Origin: an uncultured delta proteobacterium
GTDB taxonomy: Bacteria > Desulfobacterota > Desulfobacteria > Desulfobacterales > UBA2156
DNA: 64,000 nucleotides
Assembly: GCA_963736855.1 (NCBI GenBank)
Contig: CAVTQK010000006.1
Coordinates: forward strand, 64,001-128,000
Direction: 5' to 3'
The notes beneath the pieces are model-generated. The model ran no database searches, was not told the DNA's origin, and worked only from the letters and a program-made list of their open reading frames with translations. This document shows positions 23,869 through 34,414 of this stretch, piece after piece. Both the position numbers and the translations under genes were made by a program. The stretch's first letter is position 1; each line of letters begins with the position of its first letter.

Positions 23869-24417
23869 ATGGACCTTATAAAAGGCCTCAATCGATTGAA
23901 CCTGACACCCAGGGAAAGACTCGGAATCGGTGCAGCCATCGGCGCCATCTTTTTTTTTCTGGTCTTGAAACTGCTGGTTTTTCCTTTTTGGGATGCGCGT
24001 CACCGGATGCAAAGAAATATTTCTTCTAAGCAGGCTATGGTCCAGGAGATGCAAAAACTCCAAGGGGAATATCGCATTGCTGCAGACCGGTCCAAAACTG
24101 TCTCAAAACGCATGGATGGGCGACGGAAAGGATTTACGCTGTTCAGTTTCATGGAAGATGCCGCCGTCAAGTCCGGGATCAAGAGCAAAATTGCTTACAT
24201 GAAGCCTTCGGTGCAATCCATCAAGGATTCAACTTTGAAACAATCTTCCATAGAGATGAAACTTGAATCGATTATATCCGAAGAACTGGTCGATTACCTG
24301 TACAATATCGAAATGCGCGATCCTCTGATCTTCGTCAGACGCATTTCCCTTTTTAAATCCAGCGGCTCAGACGGAAGCATTCAAGCTGTACTACAGGTGG
24401 AAACGATTGAAAGATAA
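23869..24417 (+). CDS. gspM: T2SS protein GspM
   Basis: LTPRER followed by TM and coiled coil; position after gspL. Confidence 0.85.
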   Translation: MDLIKGLNRLNLTPRERLGIGAAIGAIFFFLVLKLLVFPFWDARHRMQRNISSKQAMVQEMQKLQGEYRIAADRSKTVSKRMDGRRKGFTLFSFMEDAAVKSGIKSKIAYMKPSVQSIKDSTLKQSSIEMKLESIISEELVDYLYNIEMRDPLIFVRRISLFKSSGSDGSIQAVLQVETIER

Positions 24418-24447
24418 TCGTATAAATATTAGGCCGGCATTTCGATC

Positions 24448-25323
24448 ATGAAGTCAATCAGGAAGTGGACCCTCTTCGGTGGTTATACTCTGATCACCAT
24501 CGTTCTTTTCCTGTATCTTCTTTTTCCGGAAGAAACGATCAAAGAATATGCCCAAAACAGGGTGATACAGATGCAGCCGGATCTTACCGTCACAATCGAT
24601 ACCGTACGTCCCTCTTTCCCGCCGGGATTACGCTTCAGGGCAGTGTCTCTTCAACATGCCGGAAAACCACTGTTGGCCTTTAGCAACATCCGGGTTTCAC
24701 GGGAGCTTTCAACGCTTTTCACAAAAAATCAGGCCTATGGATTCCTGGCAGCAGCCTATGACGGGAGCATCAAAGGACGCATTCGAGAATATCCGGACGC
24801 CTCGGATGCACACCTTTCAGTTCATGCCCACATCCAGGACATCGAGATCGGAAAACTTTCCGTTTCCAAAACACTTCCCAAGTTCTCTATCGGGGGAAGG
24901 CTCAACGGGGAAATTCTTTTAAACAAAGACAATAAGGAGCAAGTCGATGTCAACGCCCAACTCGAGATTGAAGAGGCAACAATCGAATTGGATACCCCCC
25001 TGATTGTTCTGAAAACCCTGTCTTTTCAAAAGATCCAGACGGACTTGAAAATGCGCAGCCGGACCCTGATCATTCGTCAGTTGTCGGCAAAAGGACCCCA
25101 AATGGATGGACGCATTTCCGGTTCTATTTTTTTAAGCGGCAACTTGAAGCAAAGCGTCTTGAACCTGACCGGGAAAATTAAGCTGCACCACCTTCTTTTA
25201 GCCGGTATCGGAAAAGGATTTCAGTCCTTTCTCTCTTCCGAGATGAAAAAGGAGCAGGACGGCATTTCTTTTCGGATCAACGGGACCATCGAAAAACCGG
25301 CTTTTTCCTTTGCACCTTCCTGA
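24448..25323 (+). CDS. gspN: T2SS protein GspN (deltaproteobacterial type)
   Basis: N-terminal TM ending LFP, beta-rich body, C-terminal GTIEKP. Confidence 0.8.
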   Translation: MKSIRKWTLFGGYTLITIVLFLYLLFPEETIKEYAQNRVIQMQPDLTVTIDTVRPSFPPGLRFRAVSLQHAGKPLLAFSNIRVSRELSTLFTKNQAYGFLAAAYDGSIKGRIREYPDASDAHLSVHAHIQDIEIGKLSVSKTLPKFSIGGRLNGEILLNKDNKEQVDVNAQLEIEEATIELDTPLIVLKTLSFQKIQTDLKMRSRTLIIRQLSAKGPQMDGRISGSIFLSGNLKQSVLNLTGKIKLHHLLLAGIGKGFQSFLSSEMKKEQDGISFRINGTIEKPAFSFAPS

Positions 25324-25326
25324 AAG

Positions 25327-26181
25327 ATGGGACGCATGAGACGATATTTTATTCTGCTGAATCTGATCGGTGTCACCGTCGCCGTCTTTTTCGTCGTCAA
25401 GGTCTTTTACATCTGGGTCACCCAAGACCTGACCGTCATCTCCTCACCACGGGGATATTCCGAAACAACAATGGATGTTGAAAAAACATCTCCGCCGCCA
25501 TCCGATTATCAAAGCATTCTCAAACGCAACCTTTTTAAAACGGTTTCAAAGGGTATCCCCGGTTCCGGCTCCACCGCAACACCCATCGGGGCGCCCCTAC
25601 CCATCCAGCTGAATGTGAAACTCTGGGGGACGGTCACATTTTCAGACGGCAAGGGATTTGCCGTCATCGAAGATGTCCCGGCAAGAAGGCAGGACCTTTT
25701 CACAGCGGGAAAAGCAATTCAAAATGCAACGCTCAAGGAGATCCTGAGGGGCCGGGTGATCTTGAGCGTCAACGGCAGAGACCAAGTTCTCAACATGGAA
25801 GATCCGAAAAGCCTTCCGGAAAGGGTGCAGCCGATTCCCGCATCCGCCCCCCAAAGTACGTCTCAACAAATCGCCCTTTCCCGGCTGCAAATCGATGATG
25901 CCGTTCAGAACATCAACGAGCTCATGACACAGATCAAGATTCGACCCCATTTCCTGGACGGAAGGCCCGATGGCATTGTCGTAGGTGCAATTGTACCGGA
26001 CTCCATCTTCAGCAGAATGGGTCTTCAAAACGGCGACATCATCGCGGGTATCAACGGAGAAAAAATTTTATCGGTGGATGATGCCCTCAAATTGTATCAG
26101 GGCATCAAATCCGGAAGCAGCGTGAACATCGAACTCAAGCGGGCGGGGAAAACGGAAACTCTGATGTACCAGATTGAATAG
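25327..26181 (+). CDS. gspC: T2SS protein GspC with PDZ domain
   Basis: TM, HR domain KLWGTV...AVIED, PDZ MGLQNGDIIAGING. Confidence 0.9.
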   Translation: MGRMRRYFILLNLIGVTVAVFFVVKVFYIWVTQDLTVISSPRGYSETTMDVEKTSPPPSDYQSILKRNLFKTVSKGIPGSGSTATPIGAPLPIQLNVKLWGTVTFSDGKGFAVIEDVPARRQDLFTAGKAIQNATLKEILRGRVILSVNGRDQVLNMEDPKSLPERVQPIPASAPQSTSQQIALSRLQIDDAVQNINELMTQIKIRPHFLDGRPDGIVVGAIVPDSIFSRMGLQNGDIIAGINGEKILSVDDALKLYQGIKSGSSVNIELKRAGKTETLMYQIE

Positions 26182-26183
26182 AA

Positions 26184-28244
26184 ATGCTAAAAAAGGATTA
26201 CCCTATGAATGCAACCGTGAACGCCTTCCTCAATCGACGGCGGCACCTTTTTTGCCTACTGGCATTGACCGTTACCATCTCCCTTGCAGCTCTCTTTGGT
26301 GTATTTCACCCGGGGGCTTTGGGTCAAAATCCTGAAAGCGTGAGTCCCGGGAATGCACAGAAATTAGGCCCCAATCAAAGCGACCAGAGTATTTCCATCG
26401 ATTTCAACAATGTGGATCTTGCCGTTTTTATCAAATTTATCAGCGAGCTTTTAGGGAAAAATTTTGTAGTGGACGATCGCGTCAAGGGAAAAGTCACCAT
26501 CATCTCTCCCAAGAAGGTCTCTATTAAAGAAGCTTACGATATTTTCGAGTCGGTTCTGGAAGTCTACGGCTACGCCGTCATACCGGCCGGAGAAATCCTC
26601 AAAATCGTCCCTTCTCCGGACGCCCGTACCAAAAGCATCGAAACCCGGATGAAAGAAGACGCCGATTCCCCCGAAGACCGTGTCGTCACTCAGATCATTC
26701 CATTGAAATACGCGGATCCCGAGGAAGTCAAACGGCTACTTGCCCCATTGATACCGAAAAACAGCGTGATTTTAGCCTACTCCCCGACCAACACCCTGGT
26801 GGTCACGGATGTCTACTCCAACATCCGGCGGTTGATGCGCATCCTGGAAGTCATCGATGTGGCCGGTATCGATCGTGCTGTTTCCGTCATCCCCCTTCAA
26901 TTTTCCTATGCCGAAAAGATCGTTAAACTGATCGAATCCGTTTTCAAAACGTCTCAGCAGCCGCCAAAACCGGTTTCCGATCGTGAAGTAAAGGTCGTTG
27001 CCGACGAACGAACGAATTCCATCGTCGTCATCGCCAGTGAAAGTGATACTCTGAAGATCAAAAGGCTCATCGAGCTTCTCGACAAAGACGTCCCAAAAGG
27101 CAAAGAAAAGATCCATATTTATTATTTGGAAAACGCCGAGGCAGAGGCGCTCGCTAAAGTCCTTCAGGATCTTCCCGCAAAAGAAGAAGCCCCTAAGCCC
27201 GGTCAGCCTGCAGTACCGAAAAGGATACAACCTTCGGTCACCGAATCTATCACCATCACGCCGGACAAGGCCACTAACAGCCTGATCATTCGCGGAGACG
27301 CGGACGACTACAAGTCACTCGAAGAAATCATCCAAAAACTCGACATCCCGCGTTCCATGGTCTACATCGAATGCCTTATCATGGAAGTGGACGTAAACAA
27401 GGAATTCGAACTGGGAACGGAGTGGAGCGCGTTCGGAGGCGATCTCCGGGATGACGGATCTTTCCGGGGAGGAGGAGGAGGATTCAGCGGTAGCGGGTTC
27501 AACAAAATCCCTCCCATCGACCCGGACACGGGGCTCCCCACCCAGACGCTGCCTTCCGGCTTTTCTCTGGGGATATTCGAAACCATCAAAATCGGAAATG
27601 TCTATTTTCCGAACCTGGCCGCCATCGTGACGGCATACAAAAAAGACAAAGACGTGCATATCCTGTCTACTCCCCAGGTCCTGACCACCGACAATCAGGA
27701 AGCCAAGATCACCATCGGGAAAAATATCCCTTACCAGACCAAGGAAGGAACCACATCCGCCAACGAGACGTACAGTACTTATGAATACAAGGATGTCGGC
27801 ATTTCCCTCAAGATCACCCCTTCCATCAGCAAGGATCGCCTGGTTCGGATGAACATCTCCCAGGAATTTTCTCAACTCGAATCGACCACCGACTTCCGCC
27901 CCACCACCCTAAAACGCACCCTCGATACCACGGTCATCGTCCATGATAATAATACCGTAGTCATCGGCGGTCTTATCGGGGACGCCTTTTCCAAAACCGA
28001 ATACCGCGTTCCCTGTCTGGGGGACATCCCGGTGGCGGGTTGGCTCTTCAGGTCCTTGGCCAAAGGAGGGGAAAAAACCAACCTCTTTGTTTTTTTGACC
28101 CCCCGCGTCATCAATAATGCCGCAGAGGCCAAGCGCATTTATGAACTCAAAAAAAATGAGTTCGATCGTCTACAGGAAAACCTTTCGAATCCTCGAAAAA
28201 AGGAAATGCCGGATGCAGGAAAAGCGAGGGACAACCGACCGTAA
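26184..28244 (+). CDS. gspD: T2SS secretin GspD
   Basis: IDFNNVDL, DERTNS, ILSTPQV, VPCLGDIPVAGWLF, LFVFLTPRVI. Confidence 0.97.
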   Translation: MLKKDYPMNATVNAFLNRRRHLFCLLALTVTISLAALFGVFHPGALGQNPESVSPGNAQKLGPNQSDQSISIDFNNVDLAVFIKFISELLGKNFVVDDRVKGKVTIISPKKVSIKEAYDIFESVLEVYGYAVIPAGEILKIVPSPDARTKSIETRMKEDADSPEDRVVTQIIPLKYADPEEVKRLLAPLIPKNSVILAYSPTNTLVVTDVYSNIRRLMRILEVIDVAGIDRAVSVIPLQFSYAEKIVKLIESVFKTSQQPPKPVSDREVKVVADERTNSIVVIASESDTLKIKRLIELLDKDVPKGKEKIHIYYLENAEAEALAKVLQDLPAKEEAPKPGQPAVPKRIQPSVTESITITPDKATNSLIIRGDADDYKSLEEIIQKLDIPRSMVYIECLIMEVDVNKEFELGTEWSAFGGDLRDDGSFRGGGGGFSGSGFNKIPPIDPDTGLPTQTLPSGFSLGIFETIKIGNVYFPNLAAIVTAYKKDKDVHILSTPQVLTTDNQEAKITIGKNIPYQTKEGTTSANETYSTYEYKDVGISLKITPSISKDRLVRMNISQEFSQLESTTDFRPTTLKRTLDTTVIVHDNNTVVIGGLIGDAFSKTEYRVPCLGDIPVAGWLFRSLAKGGEKTNLFVFLTPRVINNAAEAKRIYELKKNEFDRLQENLSNPRKKEMPDAGKARDNRP

Positions 28245-28283
28245 GCGCCAACCGGCACGAGGTTTGGGAGGAGAACAAGGGCC

Positions 28284-30044
28284 ATGCAAAACCGCCTGAT
28301 TGAAGTACTCACCAACCGATTCCAGATTCAAGCAGAGGATATCCGGGAGGCATTGACACTTCGGAACCGAAAAGGATCCGGTTTGGGAGATATTCTGATT
28401 CAGAAAAAATTGCTTTCTGAAGAAAAACTCCTCGAAGCCTTTAGCCTGGTTTACGGTATCCCATATTGGCCGGATCTTCCCATGGAAAATATCTGTTCAG
28501 AGTTCACAAAGCGTCTGCCTATCGGTTTTTTGAAAAAGCATATCATGATCCCACTTTGGGAGCCTGAACCCGCGTTGAATCAAAGTCTATCGTCCGGGCC
28601 GAATGGAAAGGCGGAGAAGCCGGATCAAATTTCCTCACGGAGTTATGTCGTTGCGGTCCGAAGTCTCAACAGTCTCCAGGCGGTGGACGACCTGGTCCGG
28701 ATCATGGGAATTGAAGATTATCGCCTGGTCCTTTCCACCAGAGGGGCCATCCTGTCGGCCATCAACATGTCCTTTGAGTTGTGCCGGGATTCGGCGGAGC
28801 AAATTGTTCAGGACATGGAGGAAGATGGGAAAGCGATCCTCAGTGAAATCAAGGACCGGGCCGACCTGTTAGACGACACCAGTGATGCACCGATCGTCAA
28901 ATTGGTCAACCACATCATCTCTCAGGCCGTAAAAGCCAGGGCCAGCGACATCCACGTAGAACCGTATCATGACAGCTTCAAAATCCGTTACCGCATCGAC
29001 GGAATCCTTTACGATACCCTCACCCCGCCAAAATGGATTCAGCCCGCCCTCATTTCGCGCATTAAAATCATGACTCAGATGAACATCGCCGAAAAGAGAC
29101 TTCCTCAGGACGGCCGTTTTGACGTGAAAGTGGGAGACCAGGAGATCGATATCCGGGTATCCACCATTCCCACCGCCTTTGGCGAGCGGGTGGTGTTGCG
29201 GCTTCTCAACAAATCAAGCTCCCTGTTGAAGCTGACCGAAATCGGCCTGGAGGCCGAGCGACTGGCCGAACTGAAAAGCCTGATTCAGAATACCAACGGC
29301 GTCATCCTGATCACAGGCCCCACCGGCAGCGGAAAGACCACCACTCTGTATGCTGTTTTGTCATTTCTTAATACACCGGGCATCAACATCATCACCATCG
29401 AAGATCCCGTGGAATACCAAATCAAAGGGATCAATCAGATTCAGGTCAACCCCAAGATCGATTTGACCTTTGCCCGTGGGCTCCGCCATATTGTGAGGCA
29501 GGATCCGGATGTCATTCTCGTGGGGGAGATCCGAGACTTGGAAACCGCTGAAATCGCCGTCCAGTCGGCCCTTACCGGCCACCTCGTCTTTTCGACCCTT
29601 CACACGAACGACTCGGCCAGCGCCATCACGCGTCTGGTAGATATCGGTATCGAACCTTTTTTAATATCTTCTTCCGTAAAAGGGGTCGCCGCACAGAGGC
29701 TGATCCGGGTTCTGTGTAACGAATGCAAAGAACCCTACACACCGGACGAAGCAGCGCTTCAGGCCATCGGGATTCCTCCGGATAAAGTCGCCGACGGAGC
29801 CATTTATCATTCCGTGGGGTGTCCGATCTGCTTTCAAACCGGATATCGGGGCCGCATCGGCATCTTCGAGGTCATGACCATTGACTCGACCCTTTCCAAC
29901 CTCCTTCTGAAGACTTACGATGCCAACCGGATCAAGGCCCAAGCCGTCGAAAAAGGTATGGTGGCCTTACGTGAGGACGGTATCCGCAAGGTCCTGAAAG
30001 GAATCACTACCATTGAAGAAGTCCTGCGGGTTACCCAGAAATAA
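28284..30044 (+). CDS. gspE: T2SS ATPase GspE
   Basis: ASDIHVEP, GPTGSGKTT, RQDPDVILVGEIRD, CxxC...CxxC. Confidence 0.97.
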   Translation: MQNRLIEVLTNRFQIQAEDIREALTLRNRKGSGLGDILIQKKLLSEEKLLEAFSLVYGIPYWPDLPMENICSEFTKRLPIGFLKKHIMIPLWEPEPALNQSLSSGPNGKAEKPDQISSRSYVVAVRSLNSLQAVDDLVRIMGIEDYRLVLSTRGAILSAINMSFELCRDSAEQIVQDMEEDGKAILSEIKDRADLLDDTSDAPIVKLVNHIISQAVKARASDIHVEPYHDSFKIRYRIDGILYDTLTPPKWIQPALISRIKIMTQMNIAEKRLPQDGRFDVKVGDQEIDIRVSTIPTAFGERVVLRLLNKSSSLLKLTEIGLEAERLAELKSLIQNTNGVILITGPTGSGKTTTLYAVLSFLNTPGINIITIEDPVEYQIKGINQIQVNPKIDLTFARGLRHIVRQDPDVILVGEIRDLETAEIAVQSALTGHLVFSTLHTNDSASAITRLVDIGIEPFLISSSVKGVAAQRLIRVLCNECKEPYTPDEAALQAIGIPPDKVADGAIYHSVGCPICFQTGYRGRIGIFEVMTIDSTLSNLLLKTYDANRIKAQAVEKGMVALREDGIRKVLKGITTIEEVLRVTQK

Positions 30045-31044
30045 TAAAAATATCCCGGCTTTTCAATTCAAAAACCAGAAGAATCTTCCGGGGTTTTTCG
30101 AAAACAAAAAGATACTGGCCGCCGGGACCTTTCTGGTATGGGTGCTGACTCTTCTAATACCGCCGGGAGTTCATTCAACCGCCGAAAGCCAGCCCCGATA
30201 CTGCATCACGGCCGATGTTCAGTTTGCCTATGCCCTCAGTCTTTATGACAAGGCGGAGTATCCGGAATCTGTGGTCGAGTTTAGACGGTTCATTCAGTTT
30301 TTTCCAGATGATGTCCGGATCGAAACAGCATGGTACCATATCGGCATGTCATTTTTTCACACCGATCAATATCCCAGAGCCGTCCGCTCCTTTCAAACCC
30401 TCATCGAAACATTCGGGCAGACGACACTGGGCGTGAAATCGCATTTTAATATCAGCGAATCCTATTTGAAGCTGAATAACACAGGCCAGGCCTTGATCGC
30501 GCTCTTTAATCTGATCACCCTCGCCGACGATTCCGCCGTGAAAAATATGGCATACTATCAGGCAGGATGGATCTATCTGGAAATGGCGCAATGGGACAAG
30601 GCTCGGGCCGCCTTTGAAAACATCACCCCCGGTGACCAAGATCATTTCGGCGTAAAAGTGCTGCTGGATCATCTGGAAAGCCATCGGGAACTGAAAAATA
30701 AAGATCCAAAGTTCGCCGGTCTCTTGGCCGTCGTACCGGGTGCCGGGCATCTGTATTGCACGCGATACCGGGACGCCTTCACGGCGTTTGTGGTCAACGG
30801 GCTCTTGGCCTGGGCAGCCTGGGAGGCTTTTGACAAAGACAGCCCCGCCCTGGGAAGCGCCATTGCGGTGGTCGGGTTCGGATTTTACGCAGGATCCATT
30901 TTTGGGTCTGTCTCCGCTGCGCACAAATTCAACCAAGAACAGACCCGACATTTCATCGATAAATTAAAAAGCGAGGTAAAGGTAACCCTTTCTGCCTCAC
31001 CCAAGTTGGACGGAGGTGTACTGATGGCGCATTTCTTCTTCTAA
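30013..31044 (+). CDS. TPR-repeat (BamD-like) protein with hydrophobic C-terminal region
   Basis: TPR-type helical repeats (FRRFIQFFP, FQTLIETF), PGAGHLY, hydrophobic segments; start uncertain. Confidence 0.7.
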   Translation: MKKSCGLPRNNKNIPAFQFKNQKNLPGFFENKKILAAGTFLVWVLTLLIPPGVHSTAESQPRYCITADVQFAYALSLYDKAEYPESVVEFRRFIQFFPDDVRIETAWYHIGMSFFHTDQYPRAVRSFQTLIETFGQTTLGVKSHFNISESYLKLNNTGQALIALFNLITLADDSAVKNMAYYQAGWIYLEMAQWDKARAAFENITPGDQDHFGVKVLLDHLESHRELKNKDPKFAGLLAVVPGAGHLYCTRYRDAFTAFVVNGLLAWAAWEAFDKDSPALGSAIAVVGFGFYAGSIFGSVSAAHKFNQEQTRHFIDKLKSEVKVTLSASPKLDGGVLMAHFFF

Positions 31045-31061
31045 CGGCTGAAAGGCACCAC

Positions 31062-32201
31062 ATGGAAAAAATTCTGAAAGGATGCTTGGTGCTGGACCTT
31101 TCCAGGCTCTTGCCCGGTCCGTTTTGTTCGATGGTTTTAGCCGACCACGGGGCCCGTGTCATATCTGTTGAAGGGCATCGCTTTGAAAAAGACGCAATTT
31201 ACCATTATCGGAGCATCAATCGGAACAAGGAACACATGGCTCTCGATCTGAAAGCCCCGGAGGGAAAGGAGATCTTTTTCATGCTGGCCCGGCGAGCGGA
31301 CATCATCCTGGAGGGGTTTCGCCCCGGGGTCGTCAAACGGCTCGGGATCGGATATTCGGACATTGCATCCGTCAACCCCTCCATCATCTACTGCTCCATC
31401 ACCGGATATGGCCAGGAAGGCCCGCTTTCCGACCAGGCAGGCCACGACGTGAATTATTTGGGATACAGCGGAGTCCTTTCTCTTATCGGGCGTAAAAACG
31501 GACCGCCTTGTATCCCGGGAATCCAGATCGCCGACATCAGCGGAGGCTTAAACGCCGCGATTGCCATCTTGATGGCCCTTTACCACAGGGAAAAAACCGG
31601 AGCCGGTCGGTATATCGATGTTTCCATGACCGACTCCCTTATGGCCATGCTTTCACAGGCAGCCGGCCAGATTTGGGAGTCCGGCTCATCGCCGGAGAGA
31701 GGCGACTCCCTACTTTCGCACCGATTTGCCTGTTACAACGTTTATGGAACCCAGGATGACCGATACATTACCCTCGCCGCCCTGGAAATGCGCTTCTGGG
31801 AAAGCCTGTGTCGTTATTTCAGTGTCCCGGAATTTGTCTCCCTGCAATACGAGGAGAAGGAACAAGACCGGCTGATCACTTTTTTTAAAAAAACTTTTTT
31901 ATCCAAAACCCGTGATGCGTGGGTCGCACTTTTTTCAAAAAAAGATGTGTGCTTAGGGCCGGTTCTCACTGTCCCTGAAGCCCAGGAGAGTGAGTATGCC
32001 AGGGCACGCAATACGGTGGTGGAGACCACGGATTCAAAAGGGATGTATCGCGTCCTGGGCTTGCCGTTTCGGTTTTCAGAGGCTCCGCAAACGCATCCCT
32101 CCCGTCCTCCCGCCTTCGGCGAAAACACGGCCGCCATTCTGGAAGAGCTGGGTTTTTCTGAAGAAGAAATCAGGAAATTGGCGCGAAAGCAGGTGATCTA
32201 A
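31062..32201 (+). CDS. CaiB/BaiF family (class III) CoA-transferase
   Basis: VLDLSRLLPGP, NRNK, EGFRPGV, GYGQEGP, GHDVNY. Confidence 0.93.
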   Translation: MEKILKGCLVLDLSRLLPGPFCSMVLADHGARVISVEGHRFEKDAIYHYRSINRNKEHMALDLKAPEGKEIFFMLARRADIILEGFRPGVVKRLGIGYSDIASVNPSIIYCSITGYGQEGPLSDQAGHDVNYLGYSGVLSLIGRKNGPPCIPGIQIADISGGLNAAIAILMALYHREKTGAGRYIDVSMTDSLMAMLSQAAGQIWESGSSPERGDSLLSHRFACYNVYGTQDDRYITLAALEMRFWESLCRYFSVPEFVSLQYEEKEQDRLITFFKKTFLSKTRDAWVALFSKKDVCLGPVLTVPEAQESEYARARNTVVETTDSKGMYRVLGLPFRFSEAPQTHPSRPPAFGENTAAILEELGFSEEEIRKLARKQVI

Positions 32202-32272
32202 AAGCGAGGTCGGTGCTTCCCCCGGTGCACCCAGCCTTTTTTAAACCGGGCAACAGTACCAACCCGGGGGGT

Positions 32273-34414
32273 TTAAGAGTCGGAGTCGTAGCCGCGAACA
32301 AGGACTTCCCTCGGCTTCACACCGTCGGAAGGACCCACAATTCCTTCTCTTTCCATGGTTTCGATAATCCGGGCCGCCCGGTTATATCCGATACGCAGAT
32401 GACGCTGAACCATGGAGATGGATGCCTGGCGCGTTCGGGTCACTAAGGCCACGGCATCGTCATAGTGCTCATCGTATTCTCCCGAATCGGCTTTCGTGAC
32501 CTCCTCTTTTGGAGCCCGTGTGACTTCCTCCAGGTACTGAGGGGCTTTTTGCTTTTTCAAAAATTCTACAATCCGTGTCAGTTCCCCCTCGGAAAGATAA
32601 GCCCCATGAATGCGCTGGAGTTTCCCCGTGCCGGGCGGAAGGAAAAGCATGTCTCCGCTCCCCAGAAGGGCCTCGGCACCGTTGGTGTCGATGATGGTTC
32701 GGGAATCGGTCTTGGAGGAGACTTGAAACGTCAGACGCGTGGGAAAGTTGGCCTTGATGACCCCGGTCAATACATCCACGGATGGCCTCTGCGTGGCGAT
32801 GATAAGATGGATTCCGGCCGCCCGCGCCATCTGTGCCAGGCGCATCAGGGCAAACTCCACGTCCCGGGATGCCACCATCATGAGGTCTGACAGCTCATCG
32901 ATAACTACCACAATATACGGGAGTTGTTCGGTGCCCTCTTCTTTTTTCTCTTTTCTCTCCTGCTCGATCTTTTGGTTGTACTGCCGGATGTTCCTCGCCT
33001 TTTTTTCGGAAAGCACGACGTATCGCCGCTCCATTTCCCGCACCGCCCAGAAAAGGGCGTTGTTGGCCTCTTTCACGTCGGTCACTACGGGCGTGATCAG
33101 GTGCGGGATGCCGTTGTAGAGGGAAAGCTCGATCCTTTTAGGATCGATAAGAATCATCTTCACTTCGTTGGGGGAAGCCTTATAGAGCATGCTGCAGATC
33201 ATTCCGTTGAGGGCCACGCTCTTCCCCGTTCCGGTTGCGCCGGCGATCAGCAGATGCGGCATTTGACCCAGGTCCGTAACAATCGGTTCTCCTACGATAT
33301 CCTTTCCCAGACATATGGTCAGCTTGGACTTAGACTTTTCAAAGGCACTCGAAATGATGACCTCCTTGAACCGGACAATTTCGCGCACAGCATTGGGAAT
33401 CTCGATGCCGATCACCGATTTTCCGGGAATCGGTGCGACGATGCGCACGCTGAGTGCACGAAGGGCCAGGGAAAGGTCGTCCGCCAATCCGGCGATCTTG
33501 CTGATTTTGACTCCCGGGGCGGGCTCATATTCGAAGGTGGTTATGACCGGTCCGGGCGCCACGGACACGACCCGCCCCTCCACGCCGAAGTCGGCCAGTT
33601 TCTTCTCCAAAAGTTTGGACTGCATTTTTAGGTTTTCGCTGTCCACCTGCACCGCCCGGACCCCCGGGTCCTCCAGGAGATTGGTCCCGGGCCCCTGATA
33701 TCCGGATTCTTTCTTCATGAAATCAAAAACAGCCTGCTTGGGGACCGGAGCTTCCTTGATCGGTTTCTGCGGAGGGGTCTTGATGGTGATGGATTCTCCT
33801 GAAGGAATCCGTCGGGACACGATTTTTCTTTTCCGGACCTTCTCCCTCCGTTCCTTTTGCTTGGTGACGAAAGCCTTTATACGGTCGACCAGGGAACGCC
33901 AGGAGCGAGAGAGGATTCTGAAAAAGCTCACAATAGAGAACCCGGTGGCCAGGACAAAACCGATGATCCAGATCACCAAAAGGGTGATCAGCCCACCGGT
34001 AGTGTTGGCATAGCCGGTGAAAAACGATTTCATCGGCAGGCCGATCAGCCCGCCCGAGGAAAAGGGTTGACCGAAAATTTGAAAGGTCATCTGTTTAAAG
34101 GCCAGGAGACTTCCTGTTGTAACGATAAGAAGAACCCCTCCGAAAAGCGTCGTCAATATGGCTTTTTTGGGGTGATCACCGAAAAAATGGATGCTTGAAA
34201 GAAGTAAAAGGACGGGGATCCAGAACGCTCCGATGCCAAAAAGCCCGACCAAAAAACCTGCGAGCTGAGCGCCGAACAGACCGAATAGATTATGAATCGT
34301 TTTTCCTGCGGCGGCGGTGTGAATGGAAGGATCCGACGGACTGAAAGACAGCAAACTGATCAGCGTCAGAATCACCAGGAAAAACAAAATAATGCCGGCT
34401 ATTTCTTTCCGCAT
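32273..34414 (-). CDS. ftsK: DNA translocase FtsK
   Basis: N-terminal TMs, AGATGTGKS, IDELSDLM, TQRPSVDV, gamma domain QRHLRIGYNRAAR; likely ATG 34414. Confidence 0.97.
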   Translation of the reverse strand: MRKEIAGIILFFLVILTLISLLSFSPSDPSIHTAAAGKTIHNLFGLFGAQLAGFLVGLFGIGAFWIPVLLLLSSIHFFGDHPKKAILTTLFGGVLLIVTTGSLLAFKQMTFQIFGQPFSSGGLIGLPMKSFFTGYANTTGGLITLLVIWIIGFVLATGFSIVSFFRILSRSWRSLVDRIKAFVTKQKERREKVRKRKIVSRRIPSGESITIKTPPQKPIKEAPVPKQAVFDFMKKESGYQGPGTNLLEDPGVRAVQVDSENLKMQSKLLEKKLADFGVEGRVVSVAPGPVITTFEYEPAPGVKISKIAGLADDLSLALRALSVRIVAPIPGKSVIGIEIPNAVREIVRFKEVIISSAFEKSKSKLTICLGKDIVGEPIVTDLGQMPHLLIAGATGTGKSVALNGMICSMLYKASPNEVKMILIDPKRIELSLYNGIPHLITPVVTDVKEANNALFWAVREMERRYVVLSEKKARNIRQYNQKIEQERKEKKEEGTEQLPYIVVVIDELSDLMMVASRDVEFALMRLAQMARAAGIHLIIATQRPSVDVLTGVIKANFPTRLTFQVSSKTDSRTIIDTNGAEALLGSGDMLFLPPGTGKLQRIHGAYLSEGELTRIVEFLKKQKAPQYLEEVTRAPKEEVTKADSGEYDEHYDDAVALVTRTRQASISMVQRHLRIGYNRAARIIETMEREGIVGPSDGVKPREVLVRGYDSDS

